From Mobula hypostoma (Eukaryota): a stretch of 64,000 nucleotides of DNA. The notes below the pieces were generated by a model. It was not told the DNA's origin. It was given only the letters and a program-made list of their open reading frames with translations, and searched no databases. Each line of letters begins with the position of its first letter. Position 1 is the stretch's first letter. This document shows positions 1 to 12,625 of this stretch, piece by piece. The stretch is from NCBI RefSeq assembly GCF_963921235.1, contig NC_086108.1, forward strand, positions 85,438,001 to 85,502,000. Reading direction: 5' to 3'. A program made the position numbers and the translations under genes.

Positions 1-673
1 GTTGGGGGTCATCTACTGTATCCGGAGTTCATGGTGTGGCCTCCTGTATATCGAAGAGACCCAACACAGATTGGGAGACCACTTCACTCTGCCCCAAAAA
101 ACGAGATCTCCTGATAGCCACCCATTTCAATTCTGCTTCCCCTCCCCATTCTGACATGTTCATGGTCTTCCCTACTGCTGCAGTGAGGCCACACTCAGGC
201 TGGAGGAGCAACACCTTAAATTCTCTCGGGATAGCCTCCAACCTGATGGTATGAACATCAATTTCTTGAAATTCCGGTAATTACCACTGCCCCCTCTCCC
301 TTCAGCATTCCGCATTCCTGTTTCTCCTTATCTCCTTACCATCTTCTTACCTGCCCATCATCTCCCTCTGGTGGTTCTCCTCTTCCCCTTTCTTCCATGG
401 TCTTCTGTCTTCTCCTATCCGATTCCCCCGTCTCCAGCCATTTATCTCTTTCACCAATCAACTTGCCAGCTCTTTTCTTCATCCTCTCCCCTCTCCCGGT
501 TTCACCTATTGCCTGCCATCTTGTACTACTTCCTCCCCTCCCCCCCACCTTCTTAATCTGGCTCCTCCTCTTCCTTTCCAGTCTTGATGAAGGGTCTCGG
601 CCTGAAATGTCGACTGTACTCTTTTCCACAGATGCCGCCTGGCCTGCTGAGTTCCTCCAGCATTTTGTGTGTG
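1..673 (+). mobile_element. Penelope-like element (family 1, Neptune-like) 3' fragment: decayed GIY-YIG endonuclease end plus terminal repeat (pLTR)
   Basis: The start translates as GVIYCIRSSWCGLLYIEETQHRLGDHF (GIY-YIG). A pyrimidine-rich tract and the hammerhead-containing terminus follow. Homologous to 28833-29718. Confidence 0.85.
579..616 (+). ncRNA. Degenerate minimal type-I hammerhead ribozyme motif
   Basis: CAGTC-TTGATGA-A-GGGTCTCGGCCT-GAAATGTC-GACTG: 5-bp stem I (CAGUC/GACUG), core with a C3-to-U change. Confidence 0.6.
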
Positions 674-1639
674 CAGCCGAGGTAAAGGAGTGTCTTTGTG
701 TAAGGTGACTCTAACAGGAAATTGTAAAGTAATCTCTGTCCTGCTTATCTTACCTCTCCACTCTCTGTCCTGCTGTGGGGTTTTGAACTGACACATTGAC
801 AGCCACTTTCCTCCCACAGATGCTACGTGATCCACTGAATTCCTCCAGCATGTTTTCTTGTTGTTGCTCCATACTCTTAGTGGTGGAGGGATGGAAGGGA
901 CAAAGTAATTGCACTATGATGTGAGAACAAACATAGCAGCTATAGCATTAAGCAACACAATCTTCCTGTAGTGAGTCTAATGGAAGTAGAAAGCAATTGG
1001 CAGACAGCTGCAGGGCGAACATACACTGCTGTGCTGTAAGTAACATCCAAGTCTACAGAGTGAGGACAGCGAACTAATGAGTGAGCAAGAGGAGGTAGTA
1101 GCACAGTGACTGATATCACCAGGAAGGTGGGCAAAAGAACAAAGCACTTGTGAACAAAATATTTCAATGTACTTCAGAGCATCAAAAGAGTTTTTTTGCC
1201 ACTCTGTTCAGAGTCTGTTCTCTCAGAAGGAACAAAGTAGCAGCCACCTGGGAAGATCAGAAAAGACTTCAAAATGGAATGCAATGTCATTACAATTAAC
1301 AGCACAGAGAGTACTTGCCAAGAGCCAAACAAAAGAAGGAAATAAGTTGGCTTATCCCAGTTTCCAGGTCTTACTCAAGAACCTTGCACTTTATTATCAA
1401 ATGCTCATCCAGGTATTGCTCAAATGAGATGAGAGTTTCTGCCTCAATCACCTCGTCAAGCTGTGAGTTTCAAATCACAATGTCTCTCTCAGTGTTCCTT
1501 TCCCTTTCAATTCCCTTCTAAACCTTCATTTATGCTCTTTAGTTAATGAGGTACTTGCCCTAGGAAACAGATAGAAAAAATTATTGAATTGTTCAGTCAT
1601 CTCTGGTAGAGTTTCTGTTTGCTTCATTATAAAATTTGG

Positions 1640-2065
1640 TTTAGCTGTTTACATTTCCTCCTTTCTCGATCTTTCTGTCTCCTGTTGGCATGAATATCGA
1701 TATCTCCTTCCAGTAGCAAATTTCTCCCCCCACCTTCCTCATTTCCCCACTCTGACTGTTTACCTCTTCTCACCTGCCTATTGCTTTCTCCTGGGTCTCC
1801 TCCTCCTTCTCGTTCTCCTTTGGTCCGCTCACCTCTCCTCTCAGATTCTGTCTTCTCCAGCGTCTGTCCTTTCCCACCCACCTGGCTTCACCTTATCACC
1901 GTCTTGCTATCCTCCTACCCCTCTCTCCACCTTTTTGTTCTGTCATCTTCCCTCTTCCTTCTCAGTCCTGAAGAAGGGTCTCAGCCTGAAATGTTAACTA
2001 TCTATTCATTTCCATTGATGTTGCCAGAGCTGCTGAGTTCCTCCAGCATTTTGTGTGTGTTGCTT
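1640..2065 (+). mobile_element. Penelope-like family-1 3' end/pLTR fragment
   Basis: Pyrimidine tract, then cagtcctgaagaagggtctcagcctgaaatgttaact ... gctgagttcctccagcattttgtgtgtgttgc. Confidence 0.75.
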
Positions 2066-3523
2066 TGCTCTTTCATTGTTTGTTGCTTGCACAAGAAAAT
2101 GCTGTTAAACTAATTGTATGTATGATGGCAGCTTTTAATGTCTGTTCTGATAAAGGGTTAAAACTGAAATTTAAATGGCGTTACTACTCCAGTTCTGACT
2201 TGTATGTCTTAGAACAGATGTACGATTAGGTGGACATGGACTGGAGTTAATCATTCTAACATCTCCAAGCCCGTGTAAACTTTCCAGATGTAGGTGACAT
2301 AACTCTTCTTTTGGGATAATGGATGACTTATTTCCATTCCAGTTTTCAGTCAGGTGGGACTGTGAAAACACCCTCTTCCCATTCAGCTGCTTACAGAAAT
2401 TTATTTGCATTTCTTACTCCTTTATGACACAACTGATTCTGTCAACGCAAGTAAACACTGAGTGTACGATTGCATGGAAAGGAATGGCAGATTATGTTGA
2501 TAAAGTGCGATGAGGGAAGGTGTGGAGAGCTTTGTGTAGAGTATGGCCTGGACCAGCTGGACTGCATGTCTGGTTTTGTGCTGTAAATTCCACATAATTC
2601 CTTGTGACAAAGCTTGAGGCATCCTGGGAGTACTCAATTCTGCTCCTCTTCTATGAGTTGCCACCGGTCTCCTTTGAATAGGTAATCCACAAAGCATCTC
2701 CGAGTTTCCTGGGTATGGCTTCTGCTCCACCCAATGGATCTGCTCAAGATGGGTGTGAGCAGGTCCTGAAGCACTGAAGGTGGAGATCCTTCACTCCTGG
2801 TCTCATTTGAGAAATATTCTTTTTGCCTTACTGCTCACAGTGTTAGCCCACCAACTGGTCTTAAGTTGACTCCGCGTTCCACCTGAGGGTACCGTTTCTG
2901 AGGTGCATCTGTGGCATCTCCTGTGAGAAGCAGTTTTCATGATTCTCTGGCTGTTGCTTGGTGCTCAAAATTACAGGAGGTGGTGGTTGGTAATGCCTTG
3001 GTGAATCTGAGTTCTCAGCTCATGTCTGTTTGTTCCCCCAGCGACAAATATAATTCTAGGAGCAGATTGCCTGAAGGCCTGGCTTGTCCTGCTCACCTGA
3101 TTGACAATGCAGACATACAGCTGGAAACATCATGAGGTTGTCGTCTTCTCCCTCACTGTCCCCACTGGCATCATTATCCTTGTTGTCTACTTGTGTTGAA
3201 TATTGCTTTGGTGGTGACAATGAAAAGAGGGTAAAGCTAAAAGAGGCCATGCACAATTCCTCCACTCCCCAGGATTGACATAGACAGATAAGAGGTGCAA
3301 ACTTGTGAGTGACCAGAGACTCATTATTATTTTCACAGTAACAGGGATGGGATTCACCTCTTGTCAGCCAGATTCCACCACTTTAACCATCTATTACGGC
3401 AAACACTGAGTCACTTCCTGTGTGCCCTGTGGAGTTCCCATTGAAAGGGAAAAGGAGAAGGGGGTAAAAATTGAAAATATGTGTTAAACATCAAAATAGC
3501 AATTCAGTGACTGATGAGTGGAA

Positions 3524-3672
3524 GCAACACACAGAAAACGTTGGAGGAGTTCAACAATTCAGACAGCGTTTGTGAAGGGGAATTAACAGTCAACGTTTAT
3601 TCTCCTCCATAGTCATTGGCTGACTTTCTGGTGTTGCTTAACATTTCCAGCATCTGTAAAATATCTTGTTTT
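3524..3672. mobile_element. Old fold-back (inverted) family-1 pLTR insertion
   Basis: The left arm (minus) starts gcaacacacag and the right arm (plus) ends ccagcatctgtaaaatatcttgtttt. Flanked by actgatgagtggaa (3510-3523) and actgatgaaaggaa (3673-3686), 12/14 match. Confidence 0.65.
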
Positions 3673-4288
3673 ACTGATGAAAGGAATATATGTGATGCTG
3701 CTCAGCAAAATGGGAAGTTCCATAAGATAAAGTAGAAAAAGCTTCATTTTTGGGGCCAAGGGAAGCAGACATGATTTGTTGGTTTCCTTGAAGAAAGTGT
3801 GAGCCTTGGTTTCCCAAGATTCCTCACAATTTTTTTTTTCATGAGATGTAGATATCATTTTGCATTTATCATCCACCCTGAATTTCCCCCGAGCCGAGTC
3901 ACGCATAGATGGCATTCAGTAGGAAGAACAAATAAGTGAACCCACCCACAGCTGCCAAAGGCTTAAAGTCTGAGCTGATGGTTGGTTATCGCTCACCAGC
4001 TGTAATGGTTGAGCAACTAGGGTCTGTCTGTGAAAATTAGCCCAATGTCATGTGTTTGTTCAGATGGCTTCTTCCACAGAAATATGGAATTCTAGGTACC
4101 TCTGGAGTATTGTGTCAGGATGTGTTCACCAAATAAGGCTGAAGATATTAGCAGCACACACAAACACACAGATTTTCTTGTGCTCCTGAAGATATTAGGA
4201 AGTTAAAGAGTGCACTGAGGATGTTGGAAGGAATTATATCAGATTTTGGAATTGAGGTAATTTCAATGAAGAAGTAAATACTACTAGA

Positions 4289-5050
4289 GGCGCATAAACT
4301 CTTCCTGGGCTTCCAGCTGGGAACAGGTATCAATTTTAACTGACGTTTTGATGACAAACTGTTCCATCTTCATCAGGGATGTTGCCAGGGCATGTCTAGT
4401 CTGGTGGTATTTATACCCTTGTTGTTCATTTCACCTGATTGATTAGTCCTCATCCAATCAGGTTTCCTCTGTCCCATCTTGTTTATAATCAAATTCCAGT
4501 TCTTACTTGGAGTGAGACCTTCATCTTTGTTAAAATTATTTTCCTCTAGTTTTATTTCGATGGCTTCTTTCACCAGGCAGTCCCAAAAGCCATAGGAGGG
4601 ACATAGTAGTTTTGTGCTGTCGAAGTCGATCCTATGGCGATTGTGAATGCAATGTTGTGCTACTGCCGATTTCTCTGGGTAAACCCAAATGGATACACCT
4701 CCTGTGCTCCTTGGCGTGCATCCTGTCTGGCTGATATCCACTGCTCCACATTCACAGGGAATTCTGTAAATACCAGCTAACCTGAGTCCCAGGTCACCTT
4801 TGACCCCCATAAGCTGTGACTTGAGCTTCCTTACGGGTTTGTGGATGGTATTAATCCAGTATTTCTTCAGGATCCTGACGATCCTTCCAGAAACCATGAA
4901 AATATTGGGAAGACAGGTGGTAGCAATGGGTTCCTCTTTATTGTTATGTTTCCTGGTTTTTCCGTTGGCCGTTTTAAGGGCCTAATTGATTTACGTCACC
5001 TTGTAGCCATTCTGTAGGCACGTCGTGTGTGATTGGCTTATTTCCTCCTG
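4289..5050 (-). mobile_element. Penelope-like element (family 2, Poseidon/Penelope-like) 3' fragment with GIY-YIG domain
   Basis: ORF 4373..4897 contains AGIYRIPCECGAVDISQTG ... KSAVAQHC ... KEAIEIKLEENNFNKDEG, followed by a pLTR with a TATA box and a hammerhead motif. Confidence 0.85.
4337..4381 (-). ncRNA. Degenerate hammerhead motif (family 2)
   Basis: Minus strand CATCC-CTGATGA-A-GATGGAACAGTTTGTCATC-AAAACGTC-AGTTA; G12 is changed to A. Confidence 0.55.
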
Positions 5051-5291
5051 GAAAAGTGCTATGTTCTTTTTCACTAATAGAGAAGTTGTTCTTCAGAAAT
5101 GAAGTGTTTAGACACATTCCAATTTGAAGCTAATTTGGAAAAAGAGTCATTTCTATACAACCCTTAAACTAAGCGTGAAGTTTGTTGCCTCGAGATAGTT
5201 CTTTCTGCAGTGAGTAATGATCACATGGAACCAAGTGCTGATACTTTGTGTAGGATTTTGTAGTCATTTTATTGGAAATTTAAGGAAAAAA

Positions 5292-5410
5292 AGAATGACA
5301 TGCACTTATATAATGCTTTTCATAACCTCAGAATATTGGAATGAAGTACTTTGGAAAGTAGTCATTGTTGTAATTTGGAGAGTATCATGACGGGAAGTGA
5401 GATCTTTTCC
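5292..5410 (-). mobile_element. Remnant of a Deu-domain (AmnSINE1/SacSINE1-like) SINE 3' end
   Basis: tgcacttatataatgcttttcataacctcag ... aatgaagtactttggaaagtagtcattgttgtaat resembles the reversed 3' part of Deu-SINEs; recognised from memory of the consensus. Confidence 0.45.
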
Positions 5411-5639
5411 ATTCTTCTGGAATAAATTGCCATTGTACTGGGAGTATGCCACCACCCATGCCCCATCACCGAACCATCCATCAAGACCCTACTTCAGCTG
5501 GAGAGCTTCCCTCAAAATTAGTGTCTCCTCCTCTGGGAGTGTGCATTACTAGGAAGGTCCAAATATTTTTCCATTGTTGACTGTTAAATGATACTCAGCC
5601 TTTTATGCAAGAAGTTTTGCTAACATAATTATATTATTT

Positions 5640-6110
5640 AAAAAGTGCCCAGGGATGTGTTTAAAAACAGCAGACTGGTATATTTAACTGGTTGTAAAGC
5701 AAATCTTTGAAATGCTTTAGTAAGTTCAAATAGGTGAAGACTTGGAAATGTATAACTTAATAAAAGACAATTTACATGGATTCAGGCAAGGGTTGACATT
5801 AATCTAATCTACTGAAGTTTTTTTTGAAGGTTACTGACATGATAGACAGGGGATTCATAAGTGATATTCCCTACTTTGTTTCAAAATGCTCTTGGCAAGG
5901 TTCCACATTGGCAATTAGCAGTCACGGAATAAAAGGGAAGGTACAACTCCGGATCGACAGTTACATTAAACAAAGGAACTGAGATTATCTTAAATGAGAA
6001 CTGTTCAGGTTGTAAAGTATAAACTAGGGATCAGATTTATTTTTACAAATTCTTGACTCGGACAAGGGCATTATAAGCAAAATCTTCATGTTTGCAAATG
6101 ACACAAAAAT
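5640..6110 (+). mobile_element. Ancient CR1 LINE RT fragment
   Basis: Decayed matches to the QHGF, NLLEFF, AFDKVPH and KFADDTK coding motifs (catggattc, aatctactgaagtttttt, ggcaaggttccacat, tttgcaaatgacacaaaa). Confidence 0.55.
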
Positions 6111-9012
6111 AGCAGACTTCACACACTTGAAGAATTTCCATTTCTTTGGCAACTTTATTGATAACAACAGGAATTGAAATATGAAGCACAAATGATTGAT
6201 CTGAAACATTAATTCCCTCTTTTCAAGGATGATGCCTGTCCTTACCAACATTTTGATTTTTTTTTTATTTCTTTGTGACATTCCTTGTGAAAATCTTAGA
6301 GTTATATAATCACAATTTGTTCTAAATGTTTACTGAATAGCTAATGCTCATAAAGATCATTAAATTATATCATTGATAAGACATTGGGACAAACAGCATC
6401 TCATTGGTTGATTTGACTAATTCCAATAATTTCTTTTGTACTTGGCTTTGCTTAGCTTCCCATCATCCTCCATGTAATGAGTGGTTCTATCATTTCTTCA
6501 GATTCAGAATCAGAACCAAGTTTAATATCACCGACACATGTTATGAAATTTTGTCCAGCAAAATCTATATGAATCCTCTGCCAGGGCAATGAGGGCCATT
6601 CCCAGGGATAAAGAGACGCCTTTGGCATTTTCTCAACATGTTGGCATCCCATACAGTCAATGGCAAGCTGCTCGATTTGCTGATCAAGCCCACCAAAGGC
6701 CATCCAGGCAAAACCTCGAGCCAATGCTTTCATTTTGACGATGCCTTGCCTTGATGACCGGCATGTAGACCCTCCAATACTTCAGCTTTCAGCTTGGATG
6801 GTACAACAACTCTCAATCCCTGTCAAGGGCAAGTTCATGCTGGCACTGCTAAAACCGCAGGCACTGAGATTTCTACAGTCATTTTGGGTGGCCATGTAGA
6901 CCTGAAACAGTGTGGGGGTCTTTTCTGCTTTCCCTTTGGATCATCTCTGCTCTAATAAGGAGACTTTTGATTTGCACACAACACATTCATCAGCATTTCC
7001 ATGATTTGTTGACCTCTTGAATTCAATCTTGTAACTGTGTCCTCCAAGAAACAGAGCCCATCTCTGCACTTGTGCTGCTGCTGTTAGTGGAACACCCTTC
7101 TGTAGATTGAAAATAGACAATAGTGGTTGATGATCAGTAATGAGGGTAAACTCTCTCCCATATAAGTACTGGTTGAAAGGTTTTACATCCCAAAGCAGAT
7201 GCAAGACCTCTCTGTCAATTTGAGTGCAATTTTTCTCTGCAGCGATAAGAGAATATGATGCAAAGTCTGTGGGGCGTACATTTCCATCACTCATAACATC
7301 TGACACGACTGCGCGTACAGCAGAAGGCAAAGTGTCACAGCCAGGTTTCACTGGATGATGTGGATCATTATGTGTGAGCACGGAGTCTGATGTCACAATC
7401 TGTTTACCTTTTTGAAAGCCATCTCACACTGCTTTGTCCATTGCCAGTTCTTCTTGATCTGTAGTAATGAGTTCAAGGGGTGGGGTAAAGTAGCCAGGGT
7501 TGGCAGGAACTTGTTAAGTAATTGACAAATCCTAAAAAGAACTGCAACTGTGGCATGTTCTTTTGCCTTGGGGCATCCACCACTGCTTGAATTTCCTCAT
7601 CATGCTTCTGTAATTCTCGTGCATCAATGACGTGACCATAGTAAGTGACGCTTGGTTGAAAGAATTCACATTAGTTGAATTGTGCTCTGAGCCCATAATC
7701 TTCTAATCTTTTTAACACTGTCTTAAGATGTTGGAGATGTTCTTTGTCATCGTCACTGGTAACAATGATGTCATCCAATAACACTGAGTGCCTAAGCAAC
7801 CTTGCAGCACCTGGCCCATAGCTTTCTGCCAAAGTGCAGGCACAGATGCTACTCCAGAAGTAGGCCTATTATAGTGATAAAGCCTTTGTGGATGTTTATG
7901 GTGAGAAACACATTGGCTCTTTCTCCATCTCCATCTTTAGGTAGACCTCAGCTAAGTCTGCTTTGCTGAAGTGTTTTCCTCCAGAAGGTTTACAAAGATA
8001 TTGTCTTTCCTGGGCAGAGGGTGTTGATCTACTTTCAGTACTGGGTTGATCGTGACTTTAAAATCACCAGAGATCCTGAAAGACCCATTGCTCTTGGCTA
8101 CTAGGACCACTGGCCATGCCCATGGGCTCCACCCAACCTTGGAAAGAATCCCTTCAGCCTCCTTGTGACCTAGCTCACTGTCTACATTATTGTGAATGGT
8201 ATAAGGAACCTGACAGACTTTGCACCAAAAATGGGTGTGGCAATTTTATTTAACAGTCTTTTTATATTGATATGCTTGAGTTTTCCGATGCAATCATTAA
8301 ACACTGCTGTGGCATCATCCATTACATTTCTTAATTCATTTTGAGTTTATTACAGGGGATGTGGCATGCAAATGGAAGATGGATCTCTAATCAAGTTGTA
8401 GTTGTCTCACCCACTCACATCCCCACAATGCCGGTCCTCCTGTTTTTACCACATAGAAGACTAATGTGGCTTGTTAGGTGTTGTATTTCACTGTTACTAG
8501 TGTCATCCCCACAGGAGTTATCCTTGCTCTAGTATACAGTAAGTTTTTAGTTGGATATCTGCAGGCTTCAGTTCAGTATCTTTGAAATGATGCTCTAACT
8601 CATGTTGTGAATGACTGAAACAGCTGAGCCAGTATTTAGTTCCATTCTAATTAATTTGCTGTTCACTTCTGGTGTAAGCCAAGTAGCTAGGCTCCTGTTA
8701 GTGTTTACGTTGTAAATTTCAAGGCTATCCAGTCCTGTGTCATTCTCATTGTTATCAGATTTTTCATCAGCAGCATGCAGATTTGTGCTCTTTTTGAAAC
8801 TGCAACTTGACTTTTCATCTTTTTCTCTTCCCTGTGTTGTCCACTTATATTTGTCTGCCTGACATGCTCATTGTATGTCTCCTACTTTGTTGTACTTTCT
8901 GCAAGTTTGCCTTTAAACCTACATTGGTCTGGTGTATGTGAGTCTCTGCCACAACGGTAACACAATTTATTTGGCCAGGCCGGTTTCTGCTTAGACATTG
9001 CAATTTTGTTCA

Positions 9013-9180
9013 GCTTCTTACTCTGACATCTCCTCTTTTTTTCCAGTCCTGTTGAAGGGTCTTGGCCTGAAACGCTGACTGTTTACTCTTTTCCATAGAT
9101 GTTGCCCGGCCTTCTGAGTTCCCCCACCTGCATTTTGTGTGTGTTGCTTTGACTTCCAACATCTGCAGATTTTCTTGTGT
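9013..9180 (+). mobile_element. Short family-1 pLTR (hammerhead) insertion inside Gypsy gag
   Basis: Perfect 15-bp TSD ttgcaattttgttca at 8998-9012 and 9181-9195; contains cagtcctgttgaagggtcttggcctgaaacgctgactg. Confidence 0.85.
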
Positions 9181-9802
9181 TTGCAATTTTGTTCATGCTC
9201 ACTTTCATTCAGAGTGCAACTCAATTGCGAAGCTCTGTTGTTTCCATTGAAAAGGTTATTTCAACTGCTCTTTTAAGTGTAACTTAAGCTTCTGTTAGGA
9301 GACATTTTTTATTGCTTTCTTGTAACATTCCAAAAAATAAATGATCTCTCAGTGCATCATTAAGCTCATTACCCAACTGAAAATGCTCAGCCCATGTCTT
9401 AAGTTCAGCCACATTTGCTGAAAGGGGTTCCTCTTCCGTTTGATTTTGGTTATGAAATGTAAAGTGTTTTGCAATCATAAATGCCTTCAGTTCAAGATAC
9501 TCCTGCATTTCTTTCATGATATCTGTAAAGCTCATTTTGGCTGATTTGGTTGGAGCAGTTAAACTTCTAAGCAAACTGTATGCCTTTAAACCCAAGGCAC
9601 TTGGCTTGGGTTCAATGAAAACTTCCTCATTGCTACTGTTAAATTTTGTAACTCCAAAACATAAAACTAATTTAAAGAAAACCATGGAGCTGGGATAACT
9701 CATGTATGTTAATCTCGTTTTTTATTACTTTAAGCAAAACAAGCATATATGACGTGGTGGTATGATGACATATGGCATTTATGTGCTTCTACATATAACC
9801 CA

Positions 9803-10075
9803 TGGTGTGGCATGGTAGCACAACACCTTACATTGAGAGTGATCCAGATTCAATTCCTGCAGCTGCCTGTAAGGAGTTTGTACATTCTCCCCATTACCAC
9901 GTAGGTTTCCTCTGGGTGCTTTGCTCTCCTCCCACTGTCCAAAGACATACCAGCTGGTAGGTTAATTAGTCCCTGTAAATTGTCCCGTGAGTTGACTAGG
10001 ATTAAATCAGGGGATTGCTGGCGTAACTCGAAGGGGCGGAATGGTCTATTCCATGATGTGTCTCAATATATCAAT
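9803..10075 (+). mobile_element. tRNA-derived V-SINE (HE1-like)
   Basis: V-domain ggtttcctctgggtgctttgctctcctcccactgtccaaagac; B-box-like gattcaattcc; the tail ctcgaaggggcggaatgg matches the CR1 3' end at about 38446. Confidence 0.8.
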
Positions 10076-10145
10076 AAGAATAGTTAATTAATTATTTAAG
10101 CAAAAATATATTACAATATTACTCAAATATTAAATACACAACAAA

Positions 10146-11203
10146 CTTCCTACAGAACCTAAACCCCTGTACCTCCCTCTGCAACCGGATCCTTGACTCG
10201 CTAATCGGAAGAGCACAATTCGTGTGGATTGGAAGTAACATCTCCAAGTTGCTGAGGTCAACATTGGTGCACCACAGGGGTGTGTTCTTAGCCCTCCGTT
10301 CTACTCTCTCTGCACTCATGACTCGGTGGCGAGGCAGAGCCCAACTGCCATCTATAAATTTGCTGATTATACAACCACTGGCAGAATTTCAGATGGTGAT
10401 GAAAGGACGGACAGGAGCGAGATATACCAGTTAGTTGAGTGGTGTTGCACTCAACATCAGCAAGATCAAAGAGCCGATTTTGGACTTCAGAAAGGGTAAG
10501 ATGAGGGAACACAAGCCAGTCCTTATAGAAGTGGTGAGAATGAGCAATTTCAAGTTTCTGGGTGTCAACATCTCTGAGGACCTAACCTGGACTCAACATA
10601 TTGATGGGGCTATAAAAAAATCAAGACAACAGTATATTTCATTAAGAGTTTGAGGAGATTCGGTTTGTCAACTAAAACACTTGAAAATTCTACAAATGTA
10701 CGGTGGAGAGTATTCTGACTGGCTTCATCACTGTCTGGTATGGGGAGGGGGAGCTACTACACAAAATTGAAGTAAGTTGCAGAAGCTTGTAAAATTAGTC
10801 AGGTCCATCATGGGCACGAGCCATCTTCAAGGAGCAGTGCCTTAGGAAGGCGGCGTTCATCATTAAGGATCCCCACCACCCAGGACATGCCCCCTTCTCA
10901 CTGTTACCATTAGGAAGGAGGTACAGAAGCCGAAAGGCACACGCTCAGTACTTAGGAATAGCTTCTTCACATCTGCCATTCAATTTCTAAATGGATATGG
11001 AACCCATGAACACTATCTCACTACTTTTTTATTTCTGTTTTTTTGGACTACTTATTTTAGCATAACTATTTGATAAAGATATATATATATTTAATGTAAC
11101 TCAGAATTTTTCTCTATATTTAATATCACATATTTCATTGTACTGCTGCCATAAAGTTAACAAATTTCATAACATACGCCTGTGATATTAAGCCTGATTC
11201 TGA
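10146..11203 (+). mobile_element. Rex1/Babar LINE 3' portion, decayed
   Basis: Decayed TSLCNWILD ... GAPQGCVLSP ... IYKFAD ... FKFLGVNISEDLTWTQHI; ends in a gattctga-type tail. Confidence 0.8.
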
Positions 11204-12625
11204 ATCCCTTTAGAATACTTCTTTTTTGGGATGAATCTATCCTGCACCTTCCAAATTGCTCCCAGAAACTCCTGCCATCATCCCTGCTAGTGTTCCCTTC
11301 CAATCCACTTTGGTGAGCTCTTCTTTCATGCCTCTGTAATTCCCTTCACTGTTCTATAATACTGATATATCTGTCTTTAGCTTCTCCTTTGCAAACTGTG
11401 GGATGAATTCTATCATATTACGATCACTGCCTTCTAAGTGTTCCTTTATCTTAAGCTCCCTAATCAAACCTGGTTCATTACACAACACCCATTCCAGAAT
11501 TGCCTTTTCTCTATTGGCTCAACCACAAGATTCTCTAAAAAGGCATCTTGGAGGCATTCTTCAAATTTCAGCTTCAACCTGGTTTTCGAATCTACCTGCA
11601 TGCAATATTTAAATATCCCATCTCTATTGTAACATTGCCCTTTTTACATGCCTTTTTTTTTATCTCTCCCTTTCATCTTGGCTACTGTTCTGAGGCCTGT
11701 ATATAGCTATCCAACAGGGTCTTTCTACCCTTGCAATTTCTTAACTCTACCCACAAGGATTCTACATCTCCTGATCCTATGTCACCTCTTTCTAGGGATT
11801 TGATTTCATTTTTTCCAACAGAGCCTCCTCATCCCCTCTGATTTCTTGTTTACTCTTTTTATACCATGTGTATCCTTAGATATTAAGCCCCCCCAGTTAT
11901 GATTGTCTTTCAGCCATGACTCAGTGATGCCCACAACGTCATACTGCCAATCGCCAACTGTGCTATAAGACCATCTACCTTATTCCGTATACTGCGTGCA
12001 TTCAAATATAACACCTGTATTTATTACGTTGTTTGATTTTGCCCCATGTTAAACTTCAACTCTTCCCACTGACTGCAGATTTGCCCTATCATCTGCCTGT
12101 CCCTCCTCACGGTCTGGCTATATACTGCATCTATGTATATGTCAACTGCCCCATTCTCAACCCTGTTGCTCCAAGTCTCATCCCCTTCCGAATTAGTTTA
12201 AAGCCTGTCCAACAGCTCTAGCAAACCTGCCTGCAAGAATATTGATTCCCCTCTGGTTCAAGTGTAATCCATCCCTTTTTGTATCGGTCATGGTCACGTC
12301 CACAGAATCTCCTGTCTCCTCCTCCAGCCATGGAATTCCCAATCAATACTGTAATCCTTTTCTCCCCATCTCCTTTCAGAACCACAGAGCCAGACTCAGT
12401 AGCAGAGTCCCAGTCGCCGTTGCTTTCTCCTGGTAGATCATTACACCCCTCCCCACCCCCCAAACGACAGTATCCAAAATAGAATACATTATTGAGGGGA
12501 ACAGCCACAGGGGCATTCTGCACTAGCTGCCTGTTTGCTTTAACTCCCCTGACAGTCACCTTGGTATCTGCCTCCTGCAACTTAGGGGTGACTACCTCCT
12601 TGTAGCACCTATCCATCACCTATTC
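11204..12625 (-). mobile_element. CR1 LINE fragment (ORF1 esterase region and ORF2 endonuclease region), decayed
   Basis: ORF 12218..12619 VLIGNSMAGGGDRRFCG is paralogous to CR1 ORF1 at 18284..18574. Confidence 0.75.

Larger units (their letters stand above)
6553..10143 (-). mobile_element. Decayed Ty3/Gypsy LTR retrotransposon (gag, zinc knuckle, protease, RT, RNase H, integrase N-terminus), 3'-truncated
   Basis: Gag ORF 9284..9703; CYRCG knuckle near 8950; protease MELNTGSAVSVI near 8640; frameshifted YLDDI near 7775; RNase H 6941..7396 (FTLITDHQPL, RWALFL, HGNAD); integrase 6452..6733 (PWEWPSLPWQRIHIDFAG). Putative 5' LTR starts TGTTGTG at 10143. Confidence 0.85.

Noticed and set aside
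336..2113. Hydrophobic or Arg/Gly/Glu-rich ORFs over the pyrimidine tracts (also near 38410 and 49297)
   Set aside because: These are compositional artefacts of the Penelope 3' purine/pyrimidine tract.
2570..3300. Acidic ORF 3056..3265 (DNKDNDASGDSEGEDDN) as an exon or transposon accessory gene
   Set aside because: Short and low-complexity, with no recognisable domain or splice structure.
9803..9870. tRNA gene
   Set aside because: This is a degenerate SINE head without a cloverleaf; the same applies at about 53670 and 62773.
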